A stretch of 64,000 nt of DNA from Adineta vaga (Eukaryota; Animalia; Rotifera): NCBI GenBank assembly GCA_021613535.1, contig CP075492.1, positions 6,138,001-6,202,000 of the forward strand. The letters are read 5' to 3'. Every line of letters begins with the position of its first letter. The first letter of the stretch is position 1. Below are positions 44,139 through 56,259 of the stretch, in pieces. A model generated the notes under the pieces. It worked only from the letters and a program-made list of their open reading frames with translations. It was not told where the DNA came from and did not search any database. The position numbers and the translations under genes are program-made.

Positions 44139-45167
44139 TTAAAAATTCTCGTTACTTTTGCCGTACCATAGTCCTTTTCTGCAGTAAGTAATCGATGGCA
44201 TATCTATGGGTTTTGAAGGAGGAGAAGTCATTGGCGGGGTCGGTGTCGGAGATTCCATTATTTTATCAATTTCAGTAATTTCAATATTACCTTTACGATA
44301 ACGTAAATACATGTATATAACAATAGAGATAACAGGGCAAAGGTAGACTAAGCATTTCCAACCCATACGTGTGATAATATTGTAGAAACGTTGAACATAA
44401 AAATGATAGAGATCTCGCAATCTGTGGTTCAGGGATAAAACGGCAAAACTATCCTTTTCTAAACATCGTCGAATAAATTCGTTTCGCATATCCATCACAT
44501 GTCCATGTTCAAACAATAACGCTTTACGATCATTGTTTTCCAATGATTCACGACGAATACGTCCCATAAATAATATACCACGTTCGAAGAAATCACGCAT
44601 TCCACTGTTCATCAAACGAGAATGTTCGAAGAGCTCATTGATCAGGTCTCGCCGTTGATGTTCTAGCTTTTCTTCACAATGTGTCAAGATTAACATCATC
44701 TTTGGACTTAATTGTGTAAATTTGGATTTGAAATTGAGCATGGCTGTAATATCATCTGCATTAATACCTTGATGAACACTGAACACAAGACCAAAGAGTG
44801 GAACAGTATTATCGATGAATGGAATACTAAATTGATTAATTAAAAGATTATGATTAGTTATTTTACATTTGCTTAATTTATTTTGTTGATCGAATATGTC
44901 AGGTGTATCGATGATACGCAAACCTCCTATTTGATGTGGTTGTGGTTTTTGTGTTGGATGATGTAGTAATGATATAGGTGGGCAATAGAGACTATCATCG
45001 ATGACATTGACGATAGTCGTTTTTCCTACTCCTGAACGACCAAGGAGAATGATGGTTTGTTTTGGATGATCAGGAGGAATAATGTATTGTTCGTCTTTAT
45101 CACGGTGGCGTCGAAGATCTTCAAGATCAAAACTTGGTCGCTCATCCAATGGTTCAGACGAAATCAT
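44139..45167 (-). CDS. AIG1/GIMAP-like GTPase with C-terminal TM segment
   Basis: GRSGVGKT, IIDTPD and LILTHCE; hydrophobic LVYLCPVISIVIYMYL near the C-terminus. Confidence 0.85.
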   Translation of the reverse strand: MISSEPLDERPSFDLEDLRRHRDKDEQYIIPPDHPKQTIILLGRSGVGKTTIVNVIDDSLYCPPISLLHHPTQKPQPHQIGGLRIIDTPDIFDQQNKLSKCKITNHNLLINQFSIPFIDNTVPLFGLVFSVHQGINADDITAMLNFKSKFTQLSPKMMLILTHCEEKLEHQRRDLINELFEHSRLMNSGMRDFFERGILFMGRIRRESLENNDRKALLFEHGHVMDMRNEFIRRCLEKDSFAVLSLNHRLRDLYHFYVQRFYNIITRMGWKCLVYLCPVISIVIYMYLRYRKGNIEITEIDKIMESPTPTPPMTSPPSKPIDMPSITYCRKGLWYGKSNENF

Positions 45168-45551
45168 CTATGTGTAAATATAATTAATCTGAAAAATAAG
45201 ATCAGCAAAGAGTTCATTTGATTAACACAGATAAATCACACTCGTCTTCATCTATTAAACATTCTATAAGTGTTGAGAAATTCAACGGTAATCTACACAT
45301 ACTTTAGAAAAGGTCAAGGAAAGAGAAAAATTGATTAAAGCACAATCGTGCAACTGTTATTCGATATAAAAAAAACTTCTTTTTTTTTAATAAATCACAT
45401 TCAACACACTTCATTAATAACTAAGAATCTTTAAAGAAAATGGTTTGTGTAATGTATGAGCCTCAACAAAATTCTGTCCTAATATAAACAATGATTTCCA
45501 ATAGCAAACGAGTATGTTCGTAGGTCCCCATTACTGTTAGCAAGAAGTTCA

Positions 45552-46343
45552 TTAAAGTAGAATACAACCGGATGATTCTTTTTTAACACGATGTATATTG
45601 AAAGTATTTTTCACATCAAGACGTGTGACATGATTGAGAAACGTTTGACGCATGTCAAGAATATTTTCGATTTGGAACTCAGCGGATTTATAGTTTGGGT
45701 GAGTTCTTAGTTCTGGACGTAATGAACCCATATAAAAAATTCTATCTTTAAAAAATTCCTTGAAACCTCGTTGAATTACTTCTTTTGATTGAAAAAATTC
45801 AAGCATTTTGTTACTTCTTTGATCTGGAAGTGATTCTTCAGAATGTGTTACCAGTAAACAAATATACGGACGAAGATTTGGATAATATTTAATTACGAAC
45901 TCTATTGAATCAATATCTTCGACATTCACATGGCCCAGAAAACTAATCACAAAGGCGAAGAGATGCATATTCGTAACATCCTTGTTAATACATTCATCAA
46001 TAGCAGCCTTAATTCGTTCATTGGATAACGCAATATTATTTCCTTTTACCTTATCAAATAAACCAGGTGTATCGACTACATTAAAGCAATATACATGATT
46101 TTCTTCGTTCATTATTGCAGCAATCGGATGAATAGTGACTTCCTTTGTAGCAGAATGAAGTTTGGCTTCAGGTGGTACATAAAAAGGATCAGCAAGTACT
46201 TTTGCCACTGTCGTTTTTCCAGTGCGAGTTCTGCCCATGAGCAGAAGATTGTATATAGTAGTTTTTTGAAATTTATAGCTGTTTTTAATTTCCTTCTGCT
46301 TACTAATTTCTGCCATTATTTGTTCGAAAGGAACATCATCCAT
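45552..46343 (-). CDS. AIG1/GIMAP-like GTPase with CaaX tail
   Basis: GRTRTGKT, VVDTPGLFD and LLVTHSE; ends in GCILL. Confidence 0.88.
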   Translation of the reverse strand: MDDVPFEQIMAEISKQKEIKNSYKFQKTTIYNLLLMGRTRTGKTTVAKVLADPFYVPPEAKLHSATKEVTIHPIAAIMNEENHVYCFNVVDTPGLFDKVKGNNIALSNERIKAAIDECINKDVTNMHLFAFVISFLGHVNVEDIDSIEFVIKYYPNLRPYICLLVTHSEESLPDQRSNKMLEFFQSKEVIQRGFKEFFKDRIFYMGSLRPELRTHPNYKSAEFQIENILDMRQTFLNHVTRLDVKNTFNIHRVKKESSGCILL

Positions 46344-46844
46344 ATCTATGTTCGACCGATTCTTAATTCCTGAAAAACAAATCTTTCAATCTACTATCCA
46401 GAGATTTTTTAGTACTGTTTTCCTTCTCACAATCCATGTTAATTCAAAGAGGATTTCATGAAACAAAATATTCACAAATGTTTGTAATTGAAAGATGTAA
46501 AAACCGAAAAGATACTCTAATGATAATATGGTGTTGAAACTATGTCTTAACGAATTGCAAGTATACAAACCTGAGCTTGCAATTTCCCGTTGATCAGTTC
46601 AAGTGGAAGGTATTTTTGAGCCAAATTGTAAGGTGAAAATTATAACGCAATTATTTTCTGTGTACGGAGTAGCGATAAATGAATCTGAAATATATAAGAA
46701 TCCCACTATTGATTCGTATGAATAACAAATATCTGAGATTTATTTTGAGCCGAAAAACTACGTTTAGTCTCGTCATAAAATAACAATAAATGATAGTTTT
46801 GAAGATCAAGTATGTTCTCCTATTTATGATTGTTATTTACACAT

Positions 46845-47660
46845 CTAAAGAGAACAAAACCATCGTCCACAAGAACAATGATAACAAAATCGTCGAAGAT
46901 GAAAACAATGAGAATCTCTGTATAAATCTTCAAATGTTATTGGTATATTACTTCCATTCTCTTGACACCTCCAAATAAATTCGTTTCGCATATCCATCAC
47001 ATGTCCATGTTCAAACAATAACGCTTTACGATCATTGTTTTCCAATGATTCACGACGAATACGTCCCATAAATAATATACCACGTTCGAAGAAATCACGC
47101 ATTCCACTGTTCATCAAACGAGAATGTTCGAAGAGCTCATTGATCAGGTCTCGCCGTTGATGTTCTAGCTTTTCTTCACAATGTGTCAAGATTAACATCA
47201 TCTTTGGACTTAATTGTGTAAATTTGGATTTGAAATTGAGCATGGCTGTAATATCATCTGCATTAATACCTTGATGAACACTGAACACAAGACCAAAGAG
47301 TGGAACAGTATTATCGATGAATGGAATACTAAATTGATTAATTAAAAGATTATGATTAGTTATTTTACATTTGCTTAATTTATTTTGTTGATCGAATATG
47401 TCAGGTGTATCGATGATACGCAAACCTCCTATTTGCTGTGATTGTGGTTGTTGCGCTGGATGATGTAATAATGATATAGGTGGACAATAGAGACTATCAT
47501 CGATGACATTGACGATCGTCGTTTTTCCTACTCCGGATCGACCAAGGAGAATGATGGTTTGTTTTGGAAGATCATGAGGAATAATGTATTTTATCCATCT
47601 TTATCCCGTTGGAGACGTAACTCGTGAGTAAGACATTCATTATCAGTGCACTTGTCTGAA
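46845..47660 (-). pseudogene. Paralog of the GTPase at 44139-45167, frameshifted near 47595
   Basis: 46973-47434 is identical to 44472-44933. The P-loop GRSGVGKT is present upstream, but the 5' frame breaks at 'gatggataaaatac'. Confidence 0.75.
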
Positions 47661-48801
47661 ACTGACTGGATTATATATGATCTGGAAAATCTGAAATAAT
47701 TCCAAGGTTTATAAGAATATCATCACGTTGCGGTTTTCTCCCCATATTGCGAAGCTGTATGTGATGATAGGCAAATATAACAATCAGAAGAAAAATACAT
47801 ATTTTTCTACTATTGAGGTCTATACTCACATCGTCATCCGTGGTCAAGATTGTGGTATAAAAAGTTGCCGTATATATTTGGCATATATTGAGGTGTAATT
47901 GTTTTTTGCCATACTATTTATGGGGTAAAAGAAATCGTTTTTCAAATTGTTCTTTTTGTCAAATATAAAGGATATCTCCAAAACAAAAATCCACAAAAAC
48001 AAGTACATTTGTCGAGTTTTTTTATACGCTATTATACAACGTTGTATTTTACTATTTATTTGACTGCAAAGGATTTTTTCCCATTTATTTTATTTTCTTT
48101 TACTGATTGTTTTCGTTCATCGTTCACTGATAAGTTATAGTTTTTTTCTCCTTGTATTTATTTAAAATGTAGATTGACTAGATAGGTTTTTGGAGTGATG
48201 AGTTGAAAAGTAACTACCGTATTTCTAAAATCTGACATTTGAAACCGTGAAATAAAAGTACGATAATCACACAATCATTAGTTTTGTTATTTAGAACATA
48301 GCTACTTAGTTCATTAGACGTTCGATAAATCTATCAGAACAAACCTATCGTAGATATTAATACGAATAGAAATAAATCATAGAAAAAGTTAAAGACTTGT
48401 ATACAATGTTAGAACAGCTAAAACGAGAGTATTTACGATGTATTACAGGTGGAACGTTGTTGTCGAAAGAAAAAGATAATATTGGTTGCTGGACGATGAT
48501 AATCAGAAGAAAGTTGTTGTTTTTCTTTTGATGTATATGACCCGTTCTGTTCTGTGTTTGAGTTTTTTACCATGACTCTGAGACATTTTCTCAGCTGTAT
48601 GCGTAAAAATAATAGACGTGCTCGTTTATTTTTTCCTTTTCAACCGAATATTTCAATTTAACAAAGTGAAATTTCCAGTTTTCGTTATATAATAGACTCT
48701 TATCAAATAAGATAACTGATATAAATGATGACACAGACATAGATGCACAGGTGTTTTGAAAATTCATTGTATAAATTTCATCAGTTGCTTTTTTTTCTCA
48801 G

Positions 48802-50612
48802 ATGACATCGAACGATCAGTACAAATATTCTGGTAAAACTAATCCATATCTTATATGTGAACTATGAAGTAAACCTTTCGATAATCCTCGCACAACTCCA
48901 TGCAAACATATGTTTTGTTATCAATGCATTGATAATCATCTCAAACGGAAATCTCCTAACTGTCCAAGTAAAACGTGTGATAAACCGATGACTATCGAAG
49001 AAATAGACTTGGTTCTAACGAATTTTCTCTGTCTAATTAATGCACTTCAAGTTGAATGCAGTAATTGTGGAGATCACTTTAACTCGAGGAAGTATCGATG
49101 AGCATATCTAATCAGTGCCATGAATCTCTTGTTCATTGCCCAGCAAAAGATCTTCAATGTTCATGGAAAGGTAAACGAGCAGAACGGAATACACACGAAG
49201 AAACATGTAATTTTCAACAATTACGACCAATACTTAGCCAATTGATAAAAGTAACTACTCAGCAAAGTACAGAAATACAACAATTATCACTACAAATCGA
49301 ACAACAGAAAACAGAAGCTCAAAAACAGATTAATGCATTACGAAAAGATATTACTCTGTTAATTGATCAACAATCTACTGAAACTTCAAGCAAACTTCAA
49401 AACGAATACGAAACTTTCAAGAAAGAAGTTACACAAACAATTGATAAAAGATGCACAGACTTTAATGCCACAATTAGTAAAATTTCACAAGACACTCAAA
49501 AGCAATCAAATGGAATAAAACAGTCAAACATTGAGAATCCACCCCAGTCAAATGAAACAATTACTACTAATCAATCAACAACAGAAGTAAAAAAAACAGA
49601 ACATCGAATAGGTTAGTTAATTCTTTTAACGTTCAAAAATTCAACTGTAAAATAGATTCTGCTTGTCATACACGATCTTTATTTTGTTTTTTTTTGCATT
49701 GTAGCTTCTGCACAACTTTCAAACGATGCCATTTGGATACAAACTACAACGAATGTTGCTGGCGTACAAGGATCTGGCAATGCATTAAACCGATTATCTA
49801 ATCCTCTTGGTATCGATGTAGATGACCAACAAACTGTCTATATTGCTGATCGTAATAATCATCGTATAGTTCAATGGCAAGCAGGAGCAACAACTGGTCA
49901 AATAATAGCTGGTGGAAAGCCTCCAGGAATTGGATATGATCAATTGAACATGCCAACAGATGTAAAAGTAGACAGGGAAACAAATAGTATATACATTTGT
50001 GATTCTAGAAATCGACGAATACTAAAAGGATCTCTTCAGAATCCGAGCGATATGTTGCCTATCATCGAGAACGTCGATTGTTTCAGATTAGCGATCGATA
50101 ATAAGAAAACCCTCTATTTCTCTGACATCAAATCACATCAAGTAAAACGTTATCGATCAGGAAAATTGGAAGTGGTGGCAGGCAAAAGCGACGCAGGCGA
50201 TGGTCTAGATCAACTTGATGATCCTCGATTCGTATGTGTTGATCAACATCATTCTGTCTACGTCACAGATCTCAATAATCATCGAGTAATGAAATGGGCA
50301 AACGGCTCGAAGAAAGGTGTAGTTGTTGCAGGTGGTAAAGATCGTGGTAATGGTATGAAACAATTGAGTTATCCTCAAGGGTTATTTGTCGATGGATCAG
50401 GTAATATTTTTGTGGCAGATCATGGTAATAATCGAATAATGCGGTGGTGTAATGGAGTTTCAAGTATCGTTATTGGTCAAACTACTCAAGAAGAACAAAC
50501 GAATTCAATAAACTTACCGACAGGCTTGTCGATCGATCAAGCTAACAATATCTATGTTGCTAATGTCAAAGATCATCTTATACAACGTTTTTCACTTCAA
50601 GCAAAAAACTGA
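48802..50612 (+). pseudogene. RING/TRAF Zn finger + coiled coil + NHL repeat protein, disrupted
   Basis: LICEL*SKPF..TPCKHMFC has TGA at 48865 in place of a Cys; frameshifts at about 49075-49110; TRAF-like CPAKDLQCSWKG; NHL repeats (YIADRNNHRI, FVADHGNNRI). Confidence 0.8.
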
Positions 50613-50765
50613 TTCTAATGAACTAATTTGTTTTTTAATCGCAAATTAAATAAAGAATTTAAATATAAATAGATTAAATGAAAACATTACTTATCAAAAA
50701 TATTTATTCAATTATAACTGATAGACAAATAAATAAATAAAATATGCTACATTCATAGATTTAAT

Positions 50766-51755
50766 TTAATTTAATTCATCAGGCATTCCAGGTAATTTAA
50801 AAGCTTCAAATAAATGTTCACTAGGTATTGCGAAACCAATGCGTTTTCGATTCGTATAATTTACTTCACTGCCTCGAACAATACCAACAACACTTTTTGT
50901 TTCTTCATTCACAATTGGTCCACCACTTGATCCATTTGAAGATGGATGTGTATGCATCATTGACGTTAGTTCATCATATGTACCTGTCTCTGCTTCTTGA
51001 CCACATGGACCTCTATAACATAACACTTCGGCTGATTTCCATACATATGAGATAGTTGGTTGAGAAGAAGATGAAAGAGATGCTGTTCTAAAGTCATAGG
51101 TTAATAGTGGTGTAGAAATTGGTGCTGGATATGGATCAATTGCGAGAGATGTGATCTTTTGTCCTTCTTGCAGGCGAAATATAACGAGATCTGACCGAAC
51201 AAGATGTGATTCAATCGATGCAACTCCAATCAAATTTCCTTTATCAGTGATTACAATCGATTGAGATTTAGAATCAAATTCTGAACAAGAAAGATGTTGT
51301 GCAGCTTGATAGAATGTATGAGCACATGTGACAATAAATCTTCCATCGAGTATAGCAAAACCACTTGCAACAACTACCTTACTTCTTGATGGTAACACAT
51401 GAGCAATAGTAACGATTCCATGTGTAAGATCTTCTTTGTCAGTCACATTCTTTCGTCCGATATTTTCATAAGGAAGAACATATGGTAATTGTACGTTTGC
51501 TTTGGATTGTAACTGTTCGAACAAATTATTGAACGATGATGTTGATATTGATTGATTCTCTAATACGTAATCAATTAAGAACTTATTCAATCGATCATCT
51601 TTCGATGTTTCTAATTCTGTATTTGGAACATTTAGTGTCGGTGATGTTGGAACGGTACATTGTGAGTGATTTCTTGCTTTGATGAACATTCGAGAACATA
51701 TTTTGGAAGTTAAATACAAGGACAATGACCGAATTGGTAATGTACATGAAAGCAT
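50766..51755 (-). CDS. Trypsin-like serine protease domain protein, fungal-like, possibly mitochondrial
   Basis: Catalytic triad TCAH, SDL and GSSGGP; S/R-rich N-terminus; intronless. Confidence 0.8.
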   Translation of the reverse strand: MLSCTLPIRSLSLYLTSKICSRMFIKARNHSQCTVPTSPTLNVPNTELETSKDDRLNKFLIDYVLENQSISTSSFNNLFEQLQSKANVQLPYVLPYENIGRKNVTDKEDLTHGIVTIAHVLPSRSKVVVASGFAILDGRFIVTCAHTFYQAAQHLSCSEFDSKSQSIVITDKGNLIGVASIESHLVRSDLVIFRLQEGQKITSLAIDPYPAPISTPLLTYDFRTASLSSSSQPTISYVWKSAEVLCYRGPCGQEAETGTYDELTSMMHTHPSSNGSSGGPIVNEETKSVVGIVRGSEVNYTNRKRIGFAIPSEHLFEAFKLPGMPDELN

Positions 51756-52056
51756 ATTTGTAGAGTGACAATAATTATGAAGAAGAGTGAATTGAATGAA
51801 GATCATGAAGAAGCAAATCAAAGTAGCTGAAGAGAAGAGCAAGAGGAGAATGGATGTATAGTTGGCTAATAATAGAAAAAAGGCATGCACATCACCGTCA
51901 ATTAGCGACACATCTAGCTGTGTCAGAAGTATTTAGTATTTAGTTATTCAATCGATCACAGCATCTAGTTTTATTTTTAAATAAGATTCATAAGTACAGT
52001 ATAAATATAATTTTACAGCTATTCAACTATTTTGAGTGTATTCTTTCATTTAATCG

Positions 52057-53017
52057 TTAGGTATGCGTTGAATAAAATTGAGGACGTTTTTGACAGAAAT
52101 AGAATCGTTTTTTTACAGCTCCACGAAAATGCGTTGATGAAATATAAAACATGTAGAAATTGCCCTAAAATCAAATTTTAAACAATTATGTAACATCGTC
52201 TGAATAACAATGTAATACATACAACATAATAACAGTATGAAATAAGAATTGAGATTTGCGTAACTAAATATTCAGTCATTTGTTGATCATAACTTTTCGT
52301 TTCTTGACTTGTTATAAGAAGATAAGTAGAGAGATTACCAAATGGTGCATTACTTATAAAAACAAGTATTACTTGAATCAATGCCATTCTTACTGATTGA
52401 CGATCGGCACGTTGTTCAGCTAGAACAATTGTTCGTCGAATATTTCGATAAGTCAACCAACCAACCAGCCAAAGAGTATTGTTATAGCAATGGATATTGG
52501 ACAAAGAAGAACAATAGCATAGATCGAAATGTAAGTACGATAAATAACATTAGTAGTCGTACAAACATATCTTGGAGCTACAATATCAAAGTAAAGAAGG
52601 GTAGGTATACCATGAGTACACCAAATAATGATGAGACCATTTGGTACTACTACAATTTCGAAGACGAATATTTTGTGATGTGACAAAGACTTGATCAATA
52701 GTAGCTAAACATGTACAACTGTATGTCAGTGGACCTAGTAGTGCAATGAATGAATTTCGAAGCTTGCACCAAATCACTGAATAATTAGCAAAATCAATGC
52801 CATATCCAACACTAAGAATGTGTGTAGGAAGATTGATGATAATGTACATAGTATTGACTACAGCGGCAATAAGAAAAAAGAATATTGTAGGATTTGTTCG
52901 ATAATTTCGAATAGTTGAAAAGATCATGATATTCATAATATTATCAAAAAGACCAATAGCAAGCATAGAGAAATCACCACAGATGATTGTCTGTTGTGCA
53001 GCATATAACAATGACAT
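52057..53017 (-). pseudogene. Divergent rhodopsin-like GPCR, frameshifted
   Basis: TM segments (WCKLR, CLATIDQ..TSQ, DRQSVRMALIQV) are spread across three frames; the last exon reads NFYMFYISSTHFR. Confidence 0.7.
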
Positions 53018-54490
53018 AATGGCTTCTAGAGTTTCTAATCTTTGTAGTAAAAGCTAAACGATGATATTGTGATTTATCAAATATTGAAACTACTCCAAGG
53101 ATTTGAACTATCACACTTGAACAATTTTTAACTAAGAAGATTTGTCACAAACGGAGATAATGGTGTTTTTCTAATGTTAAATTAAATTACTAAGATTATG
53201 TTACTGTTGCAACACATAACATATAGTCACAGAAAATTAGAAATATGGTCTCGAATGTTTTAGCTTGACTATGGTAGTCATAAACATTTTCTTATCTCTG
53301 ACGTTAGTTATTGTCCTTTTGTACTTTTTTCTCATCCATGAAGAGTTCAGATGACATCGTTAACGGCTGCAATTGCACAACTCAAATCTAATGAAGAATA
53401 TCTTGTTTAGAGTTTGTCCGTTGGAAATCACAGTCTTGTTTTGACAGATCAAACATTAGAAAAGATATTCAGTAATCTTACAATAATATCTTATTCTATG
53501 AAATAAAAACGTCTGTAATAGCTATATCAGCAAGTCTCTCACAAGGTATGATCTATTGATAAAGATTCTTTTGTGACGAAAAGATAGTACTCATGAAATA
53601 GAATAATATCTATAACGATTGTTTTTTGTTTTTCTATTCAAAATAATGGATTAAATTTATTAATGAAGGGAAGATGATCTTCTTCCATAAACACACTTTC
53701 ATGATACTGCAAATAAAAAACTAGTATTTTTATTCATTCATTGAATGTTCTTGTTTTTACTGAACTAAAAGTTTATTCGAGACTTGAATTTTGTTTACGG
53801 ATTCGATTTATCACCATATTGATCTACATGGTGTAAACTACGAATAACGATATATTCTATGTTTCATGTTTTTTTGTTCATAGCTTTTTACTAATTTATG
53901 AGTTTACTTGAAATTAAAAAAGATCATTAGTTATTGTGACAGTATGTGCATTATTTTTGATGATTTTGTCCATCATCAACTGATCGTAAATAAATCATAT
54001 AGCATTTGTTTTACTTTAATACATTTACTAGGAATTATCCGATAAGAACGATGTTTGTCAATCGAACAATATACGATACATACGTTAAGATGCAACGAAC
54101 AAAAAAAAACAACCCATCTCCTTTTCTGTTAAATATATTCAAATGTTAGCAGTGCTAGTAAATTGAATAGTATTAATAAGATTCGTATAAGAGAAAACCA
54201 AAAAAGCATCATCATCCGGAAGAGGAATATTTAACAGTAAAAAACAATATTAGTCACAAAATATGAAACAAGATTTGTAATGTTATTTTTGAGTCAGTTC
54301 CATATAAGGGTAGTAATTTTCGTTTTAAAACAGAATTATATAGAAAATGTCGCAAGATTTTTTTTTCTTTTGTTTATAATTGATTCAAGTATTAACAAGT
54401 GGCCAAAGGCAGAGAATTTTTTTCTATAAGAAAGCATAGACTTGAGAGAATACGAAGTTTCATCATTCTCAATTCATCGACGAAAGTAAT

Positions 54491-55623
54491 ATGCAACCGA
54501 TAATATTTCTAAGTCTTACCATTGCTTTTTTCTCTATGCAAGGTTTGTATGCTGTATTCTCTTCATTTTTCATATGAACCTTTTCTAGGTCAAGCTACAA
54601 TACCATCTACTTATACTTGTAATCAAAATAATAGCATCATTCAACTTACGCAATCATCATCAAATCATTCTGCATGGAATTCCATGTCCAACTGCTCATT
54701 GCAACAATGTATTGGAAGCTCGAATAATAATAATAATAACAGTTGTTTGTTATCATCTACATCTTGCTATAAATATCGTTCATTCAATAACATTTTATTT
54801 TGTGCAACCGCCATTCTATGTTCAATAGTGGACACATGTGACAACTTGACAAATACTTGTTCTTCAAACAATTCAGTATGTGTGATAAACTCATGTTGTT
54901 CTCCTCAATCAATATGTCTACCCTTAATATCAACAAGTCTTTGTCCATCAGGTAATGATAGTTTTTTATTGAATTTCAAGTGAAATCATATTAATTTCGA
55001 ATATTTTTAGCGTCTCTTCTTTATAGAAATACGATTGTTCGACGATATGATGTCGAGACCAATAGCTTTTGCATAGTAGATGGTAGTACATCCCCCCATA
55101 TCGATGCACCGAATTTAGAGATTGCTGCTCATTCTAATTTTGCGCAAGGTTGTGGCTCAAGACTCACACGCTCGCTATTAACCTTAGATGAAATTAGTTA
55201 TTTATCACCAACTGCTTCTATACGATCTGCTAATATAACATTATTTGGTAGTGATCCTGGAAGTTTTCAAGCATATTCACTCACTGGAGAAGCAAATGTT
55301 ACTAATGAAGTTTTCATCAAACGTGTGCTCACTCCATGGGACGCATATACAGTTATATGGATCACACAGCCAAATACAACAGATACAAATGCAGTGATCA
55401 TTCCGACAACAAGACTAACAGATATATAACGCCTAACACTGAATTATACAATTTTACTATTGATATTACACAACTTGCTCGTGATGTACATGCTAGTGGA
55501 CCAGGAAATAATCATGGAATTATGTTTCAGATGAAAACTGAACGAAAATATCGTGCGATGGCATTCTGTTCATTTCAGCATTCTGATACTCAACGACATC
55601 CTCGGATTACAATTGAAACATGA
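54491..55623 (+). CDS. Secreted Cys-rich protein fused to a DNRLRE-like beta-sandwich domain, 3 exons, with a 2-nt frameshift near 55425
   Basis: Signal peptide MQPIIFLSLTIAFFSMQG; Cys-rich exon 2; exon 3 reads TRSLL..IRSANITLF..KRVLTPWD..VIWITQP/..IDITQL..NNHGIMF..HPRITI. Confidence 0.7.
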
Positions 55624-56259
55624 ATAAAATTACTATTTTTATTTTTAATTTTCAAAAAGAATTGAAGTGTGTCAGTAGTAAAAATATGAAAGAAACGACA
55701 AGCGTGTTTATCAAAACGCATTCCTTATATTCCTTCTCGTTGATATAATAGTAACATAGTAAAATTTAAATTTTCAGATGAAGAAAAGGAAGAGAAAACT
55801 TTGTGTCTATACGTTTTTGATTAGCTGTCTTTTAATTCTTTATATAAAAGTGTAAAAAAATGATCTATCATTTATTTATTAACTAACTAAAAACAAAGAT
55901 ACATCTAACACGAATATCTAAAGCAATTTTCATATTCATTGATACAATCCATTGCGATAATTTTTGTATGAGAAAAAAATGTAATCAAACACATTGCTCT
56001 ACGATAAAAAAAAGTACCCTTTTTAGTAGTATTTGAACGTAAATGTCTAAACATGATGTGTTTTTCATAGCAACCGACTACTCGATACTTTCTGTTTCTT
56101 TGTCTCTGTTATAGTATTTTTCCCATATAACTTTAACAGTTTTCTCTTCATAGACGGCAGAATATCATAAAATAGAAGAGAGCATACTCATAATATGTTT
56201 ATAAATCTATTAATGGTCGTTTTTTAGAGACATACTAATCAATCGACAGACAACAAGTA

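Noticed and set aside
47820-48260. MITE-like AT-rich stretch
   Set aside because: No matching terminal inverted repeats found.
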